DNA of 47,591 nucleotides from an uncultured Gammaproteobacteria bacterium (GCA_964516735.1 CAZEYR010000003.1:1-47591); one strand, 5' to 3'; shown: positions 21,501-30,122, counted from the first letter of the stretch. Notes: generated by a model from the letters alone, not told the origin. Program-made: numbers and translations.

Positions 21501-24104
21501 GTGGTGCGTCTAATTCGTCAGTCCAACAACTTTGTAAACAAAGAAAATTTTTGGTCAAAATATTTTGACCAAAATTGGGATGGTCAGGTGCCAAAAGAGT
21601 TTGTCAAATGGTATGAAAGTACCTTTCCCGAAAAGGCATCTTCTCTAAGTAGTGCCATAAAAAATAGTGCTGAAAAAAGATGTTTTGAATTTATTGCGGA
21701 AGAAAATTATGATTATGCGCAAAAAATAATTCAAGCAAACAAGCTTGTCTTAGATAAGGATAAGTTGTTAGAAAGTGCGATGAATTGTTTTTCTAAAGGC
21801 CTTTTGCCAGACGGTTTGTTGCAAATTTGTTTGCAGCAGAGAGTCCCATTAGAAGTTTCTCTTAAAAATGTTCAAAATACCAATTTTAATTTTAGAACAT
21901 CAGCCATGATCATCAACTCTTTTTTGCCTAAAAACAAAGAGGAGAGAAACGAAATCAAAGAAAATTTGATGAATAAAAGCGCACTACATCGAGCTATACC
22001 AAGATTGCTCGACTTACAAGGGATTTCTGCCAGAATGGATTTTTGTCCGTGGCAACAAAATCTTATGCCGCTTATTAAAACATTGGAGAAAGGGGGAGCG
22101 CTTTCTGATCGACAAGTTGATGGTCTGGTAGAATATGTTAGGCGTTTCGGTATGACAAATTTTCCGCTTTTGGCCAAAATCAACGTTGAATTAGCGGCAC
22201 TAAGATGTTCTCTCAAAAACAGAGAGGCGCACCCATATTCGTTCACCACGGCTGTTCAAAATACTTTAGAAAATTTTTGGAAAGCACACGGTTTAGCACA
22301 TTCAGTCGAAGAGATTAAAGAGCCACAAGCAATTGACAAAATATTGGATGAAATACAAACTAAAATAGAAGAATTAAAAGGCGCTATTCTTAATGATACT
22401 ATTCCACCGACTCTTGAGACGTCTGAATTGGACATGGAATTATTTAATGCTGTTGTGGCTAAAACTGGTTCATACGGAAATTTAAATGACCGCGGCTCTT
22501 TGATATTAAAATGGCGCAATCTTTGCAAGGTAGATTCTGACACCCGTGCTCCAAGTTATTTCCCAACAGGGGATAGAGCGCCAACATACCAATTGCAGTG
22601 CAAAAATAGGGAGTTATCTTTTGAGGACATTCTGGCGCAAGCTGAAGAGGCAAGCGATGATCCTATACAGCTAGAAAAGAGAAGGTTGTTGCTTTTAGAA
22701 TTGAGAAAACAAAAAGAAAAATTGTTAGCCAATCAACCTTTCCAAAAGTTTCTTTTACAGATGATGAATGCAGAAAATGTCGTCTCCGCCATGGAAAAAG
22801 AGCCCTGTGCCAACGAACTATTTTTGGAGCTGTCTGTAACAAGTTTACGCCAAAAACGAGCAGAAATGTTGATTAAGTTGGATAAAATAAGAAACACAAC
22901 AAATTTGAATCCAAAAGCATTGGAGGGAATGGAGAAAAGAATATCTGATACCGAAAAATTTATTAAAACGCTCGATAAGTTGGGAACCAAGGAGGGGCTT
23001 TACCAAATTATAGACGAAGAGGTGTCAAGACTTAGTAAAGCTGATGGTGTCCCGGAAAAAGAAGCCGACAGAAAGATTTTACAACAATATTTGGCGGCTT
23101 TTGACGAATTATCTCCTGCCGAAAATTTTGCCATGCTGTTGGAGGCTATGAGAATTCAAATTGGCAAAGAAGGGATGCTGGGTGAGTGTGAGAATTCGGC
23201 GAGCGCAATCATGATGGCCCTTCATAAAATTTTAGCCCCCGGACACTTTAATGCAATTAGGCAAGCCAGTGTGGCTTCACAAGGGGAAATTACTGAAGAC
23301 CTCATGAACGCGTGGAATTCTTTATTTGAAGATGAGGTGTTACAACATTTTGTTAATCCTGACGAGAAAAGATTTACAGCTTCCACACTTTCATATATTG
23401 AAAGCGCGTGGCGCCTAATTGGTAAAAGAAAGGCGTTGGCTGATAAAAATTTATCTGTAGATATTCGTCATGAATTTTATGACATAGTCAAAGCTGTCAA
23501 AAATATCAATGCTAATATTGATAAAATAGAAAATCCGCAAAAAGCCAGTTTAAAAGAAAATATATCAACTGTACCTGTAAAATTTTACGCCGTTCATGGT
23601 CTTGGTAGAATTTTTGCCGGAGATATTAGCAATGCTTGTTATGATAAGCAGAGAAACCTATTAGCAGAAAATAAATTTCAGAAAATTAACGCTGTGCTCA
23701 TGGCCCAGGAATCTAACAAAACTTTGCGATTACTTGGGGCTTTTTTAACGATTGAAGCTGATACTGAAGGTGGAAAAAAAGTATTAATTATTCGTGCTTT
23801 GAACCCAACTGACGCTGTGATAAAAAGAGAAATTAGGGCCGAAGAATTTGTTCGTTCTGCTGTGGAATATGTTACTGAAATCGCTCGAAATAATAATTTT
23901 GATGAAGCGCGTATTTGCGTTAGCAATCGTGGTGTGCACTCAACTAATATTCAAGAAGTCGCCGAGGAAATATATGCGCAAGTAAAAAAACAAAAACTTA
24001 TACCTGGTAGCCGCCTAGCGGATACTCCAGAGACTAATTTTAACGGTTATAACATTGCGAGAGAGGGGGAGACTTACGTTGTTTGGAGTAGAAATAAAAA
24101 TTAA
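18597..24104 (+). CDS. 1835-aa orphan protein with an N-terminal array of TGIxPDF-type helical repeats
   Basis: Uninterrupted 5.5-kb ORF with host-like composition. It has no TM or signal segment. At least 13 repeats of the motif h..hh.h[TS]G[IV].P[DE]F lie between residues ~110 and ~915. The C-terminal ~900 aa has no domain I recognise. Confidence 0.75.
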   Translation: MREFFGEKGGRKQIKAAVIEEQMENNNTEGEIKALSQIQEFFNSSSYEYDTDYDDYYFNMRDVMKGLIESHKIDQTIFRRPEAQELVDNYCLSRLQYPESFPFHDLAGLFEVIGYKPDFKLSKFKPFIERMYKDNLSKNFLSGATQAIAFFDVLPKLPPKYMEGLIKKVLNPYSEYQVHCRDSREDDGFFEYPNKLSSTLDILENFVHSVCAEKVDFTKYKIELKNRYIAEIKNYNGNDEISFITEHTGVNIDWKDPDFVAAVQQSYFILMREDRAEWIIDLFELSGINPVLPNVEDEIFVRAVARMSEDKQKKLLDIVLPENNKRSEYLAQRVKKQNIINTVLSCSNPEWLSRFLEKLIDSGEMPLEKLNFLRKNKEAKRHIQSIYVNIIFISFQYNSSATTRENLLRFKKLTGISWEDADFFDVSESEVKEIFSGISRIGQSDYHAEMAQKALNRMEELLSGFDYKRVSNEIQQAYASLLFVYNKYNREEIGGKEIAEKIQKITGIKPDSRQKAFKTKFLEESVKTIERLNLQSTEEGIKRLVAIAKNVGVDLPWRGELSKPLAILYERCIFQIEHSDYNDNVIKVLSFLISTTGVDFPKTPAMEQNLKDVYKKYYKKGLITNIKELIKITNIQPVFTASESEDIYLFWIQKDSLEKFDEFKFAGLLSRHPDFQGPLKKKIIDKVFKTVGMHNAKQKIAELSKTTGIDFDFQKELRPLVLDEFFRYMADHRDIQYLVEVFGFKPDFKAECYQRTQELFASIGFRKIGEISHVVGVTGIEPDFSLPILLNKLKEQYGVIIENGEFHNLRKLVLLSKIEPDIVREFRPFLIRRLLTYFSSLIVSYSDPVKGLSKELEAYPAVKINFITELPEAVGGVYKKCLRGARLDYVDGLEAFTHVIPDYNACREDVLAGYDNCLKNFYNSEEWRERFSELQKRTNIEPSFTEIGKVFIPFIRDCKNNNFTQAESVVRLIRQSNNFVNKENFWSKYFDQNWDGQVPKEFVKWYESTFPEKASSLSSAIKNSAEKRCFEFIAEENYDYAQKIIQANKLVLDKDKLLESAMNCFSKGLLPDGLLQICLQQRVPLEVSLKNVQNTNFNFRTSAMIINSFLPKNKEERNEIKENLMNKSALHRAIPRLLDLQGISARMDFCPWQQNLMPLIKTLEKGGALSDRQVDGLVEYVRRFGMTNFPLLAKINVELAALRCSLKNREAHPYSFTTAVQNTLENFWKAHGLAHSVEEIKEPQAIDKILDEIQTKIEELKGAILNDTIPPTLETSELDMELFNAVVAKTGSYGNLNDRGSLILKWRNLCKVDSDTRAPSYFPTGDRAPTYQLQCKNRELSFEDILAQAEEASDDPIQLEKRRLLLLELRKQKEKLLANQPFQKFLLQMMNAENVVSAMEKEPCANELFLELSVTSLRQKRAEMLIKLDKIRNTTNLNPKALEGMEKRISDTEKFIKTLDKLGTKEGLYQIIDEEVSRLSKADGVPEKEADRKILQQYLAAFDELSPAENFAMLLEAMRIQIGKEGMLGECENSASAIMMALHKILAPGHFNAIRQASVASQGEITEDLMNAWNSLFEDEVLQHFVNPDEKRFTASTLSYIESAWRLIGKRKALADKNLSVDIRHEFYDIVKAVKNINANIDKIENPQKASLKENISTVPVKFYAVHGLGRIFAGDISNACYDKQRNLLAENKFQKINAVLMAQESNKTLRLLGAFLTIEADTEGGKKVLIIRALNPTDAVIKREIRAEEFVRSAVEYVTEIARNNNFDEARICVSNRGVHSTNIQEVAEEIYAQVKKQKLIPGSRLADTPETNFNGYNIAREGETYVVWSRNKN

Positions 24105-24254
24105 TTAATAATTTTATGTCGGTTAATATCTTGGAGAGGCCCCTATTGACTTTTTTGTTGAGAAATGGTGATATTTTACGGAAAGGATTAGAGGTGTTAG
24201 AATAAAAATTTGAAATTGTGGGGCCAAGCGATGTAACGCGTGTCCCCGCATTAA

Positions 24255-24331
24255 CGGGTTGTAGCTCAGTTGGCTAGAGCGCGTGCATGGGGTGCATGAG
24301 GTCGCAGGTTCAAGTCCTGTCAGCCCGACCA
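24255..24331 (+). tRNA. tRNA-Pro (anticodon GGG), CCA encoded
   Basis: Acceptor CGGGTTG/CAGCCCG, anticodon stem CGTGC/GCATG with loop ATGGGGT, T-arm GCAGG TTCAAGT CCTGT, discriminator A then CCA. Confidence 0.85.
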
Positions 24332-24406
24332 GTTTAGGCCTAATAATTTTCTTATCAGTTGTGCTAATACACGAATGTGGTTTATTGTCTGGCCAGTCTA
24401 CGATTT

Positions 24407-24494
24407 GGAGAGGTGTCTGAGTGGTCGAAAGTACCGCTCTCGAAAAGCGGTGTCCTGCAAGGGACCGAGGGTTCGACTCCCTCCCTCTCCGCCA
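24407..24494 (+). tRNA. tRNA-Ser (anticodon CGA), CCA encoded
   Basis: Acceptor GGAGAGG/CCTCTCC, anticodon stem CCGCT/AGCGG with loop CTCGAAA, long variable arm, T-arm GAGGG TTCGACT CCCTC, G then CCA. Confidence 0.9.
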
Positions 24495-24677
24495 AACTTG
24501 AATCGGTTATAAAAAGTAATTGTGGAGTAGTTAAAAAACAGCCACCGACCGGGCAGGCGCCGATCATCTAAAATTCTTCAGAAAAAATAGCCACACAGAC
24601 AGTTGACACTTCAGTCGATTTGGATATGCAAAAATTGCAAGCTATCAATTTTTAAATGGTGTTTATTAGGTATAGTT

Positions 24678-25241
24678 ATGAAAAGTAAAATTCGGTTGCA
24701 AAATAGCGATTTGGTGTATGAAATTCGCCGTCGACGAGGTGCAAAAAGATTGAGCCTGAGTGTTAATTGCGATGCCAACGTGATATTGACTGCTCCGCAT
24801 TTTGTGCCTAATTTTTTATTGGAAAAATTTATTCAAGATAAAGCCGATTGGCTTATAGAAAAAATTGCTTGGTTTAAAGAAAAAAATAAAAACAAAGTTA
24901 AAATCGGCGGATCGCATCAAGAGTTTGCAACGATAAAAAAGGAGGCTTACTATTTAGTTAAACAAAAATTAGAAAAATTTAACACCGAGTATAATTTTTG
25001 TTATAAAAAAATTTATATTCGTAATCAAAAAACCAGATGGGGCAGCTGTAGTAGCCGGGGAACAATCAGCTTTAATTATCGAGTGGCAAGATTGCCCGAG
25101 CACCTGACGGATTATGTGGTAGTGCACGAGTTGTGCCACTTGGGACAAATGAATCACTCGCCAAAATTTTGGCAATTGGTTGGCAAAACTATTCCCGATT
25201 GGGCCAAAAGGAGACGTGAATTAAAAAAGATCATTTTGTAA
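24678..25241 (+). CDS. DUF45 / YgjP-like (M48-related) metal-dependent hydrolase
   Basis: RWGSCS ... NYR ... VVVHELCHL..MNHS..FW motif set. The start is set at MKSKIRL because the upstream extension begins at a TTG that is itself a TTGACA -35-like hexamer. Confidence 0.8.
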   Translation: MKSKIRLQNSDLVYEIRRRRGAKRLSLSVNCDANVILTAPHFVPNFLLEKFIQDKADWLIEKIAWFKEKNKNKVKIGGSHQEFATIKKEAYYLVKQKLEKFNTEYNFCYKKIYIRNQKTRWGSCSSRGTISFNYRVARLPEHLTDYVVVHELCHLGQMNHSPKFWQLVGKTIPDWAKRRRELKKIIL

Positions 25242-25244
25242 TTT

Positions 25245-26348
25245 ATGTTGCTAAAAAAATTTTTTGAATTATCCAAAAAACCACTGGCTCGTCCATTGGT
25301 TTTTTCTAGAAAGCAAATGGAAACAAAAAATCATCCGATGATTAAGACGTGGACGGGAGAGAAAAGAATTTTGGGTTATATCGAAGCTCGTTTGGCAGGA
25401 AAAATAAAAATTTTAGTTTTTACTTCGCCGGAGGCTGAGGCGATTACTACCGGTTTGGTGGGGTGGGAAAATGGCGCTTTGCGATATATTCCCGCTCGTT
25501 GGCATACGGGCGCCAAGCGCAGTATTGATGCTCTGGTGGCCGGTCATCAGGCGGTGCAAATGCCGGCAGTTAAAGAGGTATTGGCCGGGCTAAACAATCC
25601 GAATGAAGAGTTGATAATAGTGGATTTGTTGCGCGAAGGACAAAAGACCTGTCTGTCTGAAGGGTTTTATTTTAATTACGGCATTACGCCAACCAACGTG
25701 CTTTTGTCCATAAGTCATGTGCCGGATACAAGTACTCCGCTCGGTCGTCGCGCAAAAGTAAACAAGCCAAATTTGGAGGGCGTAAATCCGAAAAAGGTAA
25801 AAATTTTAGTTTTGTCAGATGCCGTGGCCAGCGGTACCAATCAATTTTTTGCTATTAATTTTTTCCAAAAAATATTTCCCAATTTAGAAAAAGTGGTTGT
25901 GGTGGCGGCACACCTAACCCAATATGGGGCTGAAGCTTTAGGTAAATTTTTAATTAATACAAAAATGACAGGCGTGATTATTGGTTTTAGCGCTTTATTA
26001 AAGTCTAATCCGCCACAAATGTATTTTTCGCCAACCCCAGTCAATGACCCGGACAAATTCGCTGACCCCGCTCAGGCTGGAGTCATGAAAATGATTTATG
26101 GAGTAGCGGCGGAAAAATTATGTGTAGCTGGAAATTGGTCAGCTATGTTTTTGTCGCCGCAAGTGGGTATGGAGTGGCTGGAAAAAGAATTAAAAGAGCA
26201 GGGATTAACAATAGATGAAATAAAAAGTAAAATACCAAGTATAGAAAAAATTAAAAAAGAACTCGGTGGGTTAGAAAAAATCATCCCGGCCTCTACCTAT
26301 TTGGAAGCGGCCAACGATAATTTATTAGATAAATTAAAAAACATATGA
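25245..26348 (+). CDS. uracil-phosphoribosyltransferase-like (type I PRTase fold) protein with extra N- and C-terminal segments
   Basis: KILVLSDAVASGTN followed by KVVVVAAH....GAEAL parallels the UPRT pattern LIVDPMLATGGS ... VLVLVAAPEG. At 367 aa it is much longer than canonical Upp. Confidence 0.5.
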   Translation: MLLKKFFELSKKPLARPLVFSRKQMETKNHPMIKTWTGEKRILGYIEARLAGKIKILVFTSPEAEAITTGLVGWENGALRYIPARWHTGAKRSIDALVAGHQAVQMPAVKEVLAGLNNPNEELIIVDLLREGQKTCLSEGFYFNYGITPTNVLLSISHVPDTSTPLGRRAKVNKPNLEGVNPKKVKILVLSDAVASGTNQFFAINFFQKIFPNLEKVVVVAAHLTQYGAEALGKFLINTKMTGVIIGFSALLKSNPPQMYFSPTPVNDPDKFADPAQAGVMKMIYGVAAEKLCVAGNWSAMFLSPQVGMEWLEKELKEQGLTIDEIKSKIPSIEKIKKELGGLEKIIPASTYLEAANDNLLDKLKNI

Positions 26349-27388
26349 ATCCGTTGAAATTTCCTCAAGACGGTGGACCTCACAATTGTGTGGTGGAGTG
26401 GTGGTATTATAACGGCTGGTTAGAAGCTGAAGACGGCCGTCAATTTGCCTATATGATGTGCTTATTTAAAGTGGACAACAAGCGAGTGAGCATCCCTTTT
26501 TTAAGCCGTATTCCAATTAAAACCGTGTATTTTGCCCATTCGTTATTGACTGATATTAATGCCAAAGACTTTAAAGACGATGTGGAGTATTTTTCAGTAA
26601 TTTCCCGTGACAGCTTTAAACGACCGCTAATGTATGTTAATTTTACCAACCCGATTAGTATTCGTGGTGGCTATGTAAATTCGGTAATTGAAGAATTTGA
26701 AAATAATAGCTACCACCTCAAAAGAGAAAATTTTGATTTAAAATTAATTTCTACCAAACAGCCGCTCTTAGAGGGTGGAACGGGCTATTTGCAATTGCAC
26801 GATAAAACTACTTATTATTATTCGTACACTAATTTGCAGACCACCGGGTTGGTTTTTGTGAACGGAGAGCCAATAAAAGTAAAAGGAAAATCTTGGATGG
26901 ATCATCAATGGGCGGATACCAGTTTTGATAAAGATACATGGACATGGTTTTCTTTGCAGTTGGACAACAATATTGAGCTGGTGTGTTATGAATACGGAAA
27001 AGGCGACAAAAAAGATTTCTTGGCCAGTATTTTGTATGCCGACGGACATTCCGAACATACGAATAATATTAAAATTACTCCACTTGGCGAAGAATGGGAA
27101 AGCGAAAAAACCAAAGCTAAATATCATATAGAGTGGAAAATAGAAATACCGGAAAAACAAATGGAGTTAGTGGTTCGTCCGCCAGTAAAAACTCAAGAAA
27201 TGATTTTTAGTGTGATTAATTATTGGGAAGGGCCGTTGGAAGTGGTGGGAAAGATAAAAGAAGAAACAGTGCGGGGCCAAGGGTTTATGGAATTGGTCGG
27301 TCGACAAGCTAAATATGGCAATTTGGGTAGAATGGCTCGGGATGCGTTTAAGAAAATTAAAAAATATGGTAGTATACTAAAGGTGTAA
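26345..27388 (+). CDS. AttH / CrtC-like lipocalin-fold protein
   Basis: N-terminal FPQDGGPH....EWWYYNG.L....G pattern and a later WMDHQW, typical of the hydroxyneurosporene-synthase/AttH family. The start overlaps the upstream stop (ATGA). Confidence 0.6.
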   Translation: MNPLKFPQDGGPHNCVVEWWYYNGWLEAEDGRQFAYMMCLFKVDNKRVSIPFLSRIPIKTVYFAHSLLTDINAKDFKDDVEYFSVISRDSFKRPLMYVNFTNPISIRGGYVNSVIEEFENNSYHLKRENFDLKLISTKQPLLEGGTGYLQLHDKTTYYYSYTNLQTTGLVFVNGEPIKVKGKSWMDHQWADTSFDKDTWTWFSLQLDNNIELVCYEYGKGDKKDFLASILYADGHSEHTNNIKITPLGEEWESEKTKAKYHIEWKIEIPEKQMELVVRPPVKTQEMIFSVINYWEGPLEVVGKIKEETVRGQGFMELVGRQAKYGNLGRMARDAFKKIKKYGSILKV

Positions 27389-27397
27389 CTATTTTTT

Positions 27398-27949
27398 ATG
27401 ATGGATTTAATACATTATTTGGATAAACAAGCCTTTGTTTGGGTTTTGTCTTGGCGGCATGTTTGGTTGGAAAATGTGTTTTTTGTGATTACCATGTTGG
27501 GTAAATCCTATATAGTAGTGATCCTAGCCTTGTTAATAGCTGGATATTTTTGGAAGAAAAATGAAAAAAAATATATCGTGCCGTTATTTTTTTCTTGCGG
27601 TGGCGCTACAGCGACAACGTATGTTTTGAAACATCTGATTTCTCGGCCGCGTCCGGTGGATATGGCGGTTTACTTGGAAGATTTGTCATCTTTTCCTAGC
27701 GGGCACGCTACAATTGCTGTAGTTTTTTATGGTTTTATAGTATATTACGTATTTAAAAAAATATTTGGCTGGCATCGTTGGTTGATTGTGGTGGGTGGTT
27801 TACTTTTAATTTTTTTGATTAGTTTTAGCCGTATTTATCTCGGGGTGCACTATTTAAGCGATGTGATCGGCGGATTATTAGTTGGTACACTTTGGCTCAG
27901 CGGAGGTATCGTTTTCTTGGAAACAAAAAAACAACCAGCCACTCTCTAA
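27398..27949 (+). CDS. PAP2-family phosphatase (membrane)
   Basis: The three PAP2 motifs: KHLISRPRP, PSGHA, SRIYLGVHYLSDV. Confidence 0.85.
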   Translation: MMDLIHYLDKQAFVWVLSWRHVWLENVFFVITMLGKSYIVVILALLIAGYFWKKNEKKYIVPLFFSCGGATATTYVLKHLISRPRPVDMAVYLEDLSSFPSGHATIAVVFYGFIVYYVFKKIFGWHRWLIVVGGLLLIFLISFSRIYLGVHYLSDVIGGLLVGTLWLSGGIVFLETKKQPATL

Positions 27950-27966
27950 AGAGTGGTTTTTTATTT
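27939..27966 (+). terminator. strong intrinsic terminator overlapping the PAP2 stop codon
   Basis: CCACTCT ctaa AGAGTGG followed by TTTTTTATTTTT. Confidence 0.65.
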
Positions 27967-27980
27967 TTAATCATTAATTT

Positions 27981-29099
27981 ATGCCAAAACAGCCCGATGT
28001 TTTAGAAAGAGAAGTTGGTAAAATGCGCGAGCGAATTTTGGTAGAGAAAGAAAAATTGGATCAGGTTTTAAATTTGTATCGGGAAGCTAATATTTATGTG
28101 GTAGGCGATGATTTAGGTGGTTCAGTGAGCGGGTATAAATATTTTGTTTATCCGTTTAAAGGGCTCACATTGGTTGATCATGGATTATATAAAATATTGG
28201 CTCAATATTTGGCTAAGATGATTGCCAAGGATACAGAAGTGCTTCTGACGGTTGAGGCGGATGGGATTGGAATTGCCACTTTGGTAGCGGCCGAATTAAA
28301 TTTACCTTTGGTAATTTGTAAATCTTTTCATTATAATGCGCCGTGTTTAGAGTTTGAACAAAAAACCGGTTATTATAATCGTTTAATGTATATGCCGAAG
28401 GTTATACAGGGGAAAAAAGTGGGGATTATTGATTGTTTGATTTCTACCGGCGGTACGATTAAAACTATGATTGAAAAAGCAATTAGTTTATCCGGGACCA
28501 CCATTAATGGCGTTTATTGCGTTAACAACAAGTCTAATTATCAGACGGGGTCGGAAAGCAAAACTGCTTTTGAAGGTTATCCCTATCGTTATTTGTTTGA
28601 TACCAAAATTAATGAGGGTGGGTCGGTGGAGTGTGTGATGTCTGACCATCTTAAAAGATTATTTTGGCGCGGAATTGACGGCATGTTTTATGAGATTGCA
28701 GAGCGCTTTTCTGAATTTTCCAACAGTTCAAAACATGGCTATCAGGTGGGGAGTGTTTTGGTAGATATGGCAAATTTTGAGATTTCGGCCTGGGGTTATC
28801 GTCGAGGCAATTTACACGCCGAACAAGACGCTTTGAGTATGTTGAGGGAGAATAGCCCGGATTGGCGGGAAAAGAAATATTCTATATATTCTACTTTAGA
28901 ACCTTGTAGTTGTAGGAATGGAGGTTTTACTCCTTGTGCGCATTTGATCGGTGAGACACCGCAGATAAAATGGGTGGTAATGGGAGAAAAAGATGTGTGG
29001 GACAAGAAAATCAACGGTGGGGGGATAAAACATCTTCTAGACAAGGGGAAAAATGTGCGGATTTTTAAAACCGATGAGCTCTACTTGGCTGGTGTTTAA
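27981..29099 (+). CDS. fusion protein: type I phosphoribosyltransferase domain + CMP/dCMP (RibD-like) zinc deaminase domain
   Basis: N-terminal half carries the PRPP loop KVGIIDCLISTGGT, preceded by TVEADGIGIA. C-terminal half carries HAEQDAL ... LEPCSCRNGGFTPCAHL (H-A-E ... PC-x(n)-C zinc site). Confidence 0.7.
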   Translation: MPKQPDVLEREVGKMRERILVEKEKLDQVLNLYREANIYVVGDDLGGSVSGYKYFVYPFKGLTLVDHGLYKILAQYLAKMIAKDTEVLLTVEADGIGIATLVAAELNLPLVICKSFHYNAPCLEFEQKTGYYNRLMYMPKVIQGKKVGIIDCLISTGGTIKTMIEKAISLSGTTINGVYCVNNKSNYQTGSESKTAFEGYPYRYLFDTKINEGGSVECVMSDHLKRLFWRGIDGMFYEIAERFSEFSNSSKHGYQVGSVLVDMANFEISAWGYRRGNLHAEQDALSMLRENSPDWREKKYSIYSTLEPCSCRNGGFTPCAHLIGETPQIKWVVMGEKDVWDKKINGGGIKHLLDKGKNVRIFKTDELYLAGV

Positions 29100-29169
29100 T
29101 AGACAATCGCTTATTATTTTGTTATATTATTAGCGGTTTGCGGTTTTTTGTTTTTTAATTTTTTCGGCT

Positions 29170-30120
29170 ATGTCAATTTTAGTTTCCGGCTCTCTAGTTT
29201 ATGATAATATTATGAATTTTCCGGATAGCTTTAAGCATCATATAATGCCAGACCAGATTCATATTTTAAATGTTAGTTTTTCTGTAGATAGGTTGGAAAA
29301 AAGTCGAGGTGGGACAGCCGGTAATATCGCTTATAATATTGCTTTGCTTGGCGGTGAACCGCTTTTAGTATCTGCGGTCGGTAAAGACGGTCAAGAATAT
29401 TTAAAACACCTAGAAAAAAATAAAATTAGCACGGATTATATTATAAAAGACGATAAGCAGATGACTGCTTCGTGTTATATCACCACCGATGCCGATGATA
29501 ATCAAATCACTGCTTTTTTTGGCGGGCCGTTGTTATCGGCTAAAGAAGTTGAACTGGCGGCGATTAAAGAAAGACCCTTTGTCGCTTTAATTTCCCCTAC
29601 TCACAAAGAAGTAATGACCAAGCACCTATTAGACTGTCGGGAGCGAGGGATAAAAACGGTATTTGATCCGGGTCAGCAGATCACTTCTTTTAGCGGTTTA
29701 GAACTAAAAAAGATGGTTAGCTTGGCTAATTTTGTGATTGGCAACGATTATGAAATTAAATTGCTAGAAGAAAGAGTGGGTTGGAATAAAAAAGAGATTT
29801 TAGCCAATACTGAAGTTTTGATTACTACTTTAGGAGAAAGAGGGTCGTTGATAGAAACGAGAGAAGGAGAAAAGATAGAAGTGGGAGTTTGCCAACCAAA
29901 ATCTTTTGACGATCCGACTGGAGCCGGCGATGCTTTCCGTGCTGGATTTTTTGTTGGCTATGAGCTAGGTTATGATTGGAGGGTGTGTGCCCAGATGGGT
30001 TCGGTAGCGGCCAGTTATGCTATTGAAACTTTTGGCACCCAAGATTATTCGTTTAGCAATGAGGAATTTATTGCTCGTTATGAAAAGGCTTTTGGTCAAA
30101 AAATAAGTTTAACTAGATAA
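29170..30120 (+). CDS. PfkB-family carbohydrate/nucleoside kinase, adenosine-kinase-like
   Basis: GG.AGN near the N-terminus and DPTGAGDAFRAGF near the C-terminus. By recollection, the overall pattern closely resembles the mycobacterial adenosine kinase type. Confidence 0.75.
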   Translation: MSILVSGSLVYDNIMNFPDSFKHHIMPDQIHILNVSFSVDRLEKSRGGTAGNIAYNIALLGGEPLLVSAVGKDGQEYLKHLEKNKISTDYIIKDDKQMTASCYITTDADDNQITAFFGGPLLSAKEVELAAIKERPFVALISPTHKEVMTKHLLDCRERGIKTVFDPGQQITSFSGLELKKMVSLANFVIGNDYEIKLLEERVGWNKKEILANTEVLITTLGERGSLIETREGEKIEVGVCQPKSFDDPTGAGDAFRAGFFVGYELGYDWRVCAQMGSVAASYAIETFGTQDYSFSNEEFIARYEKAFGQKISLTR

Positions 30121-30122
30121 TT

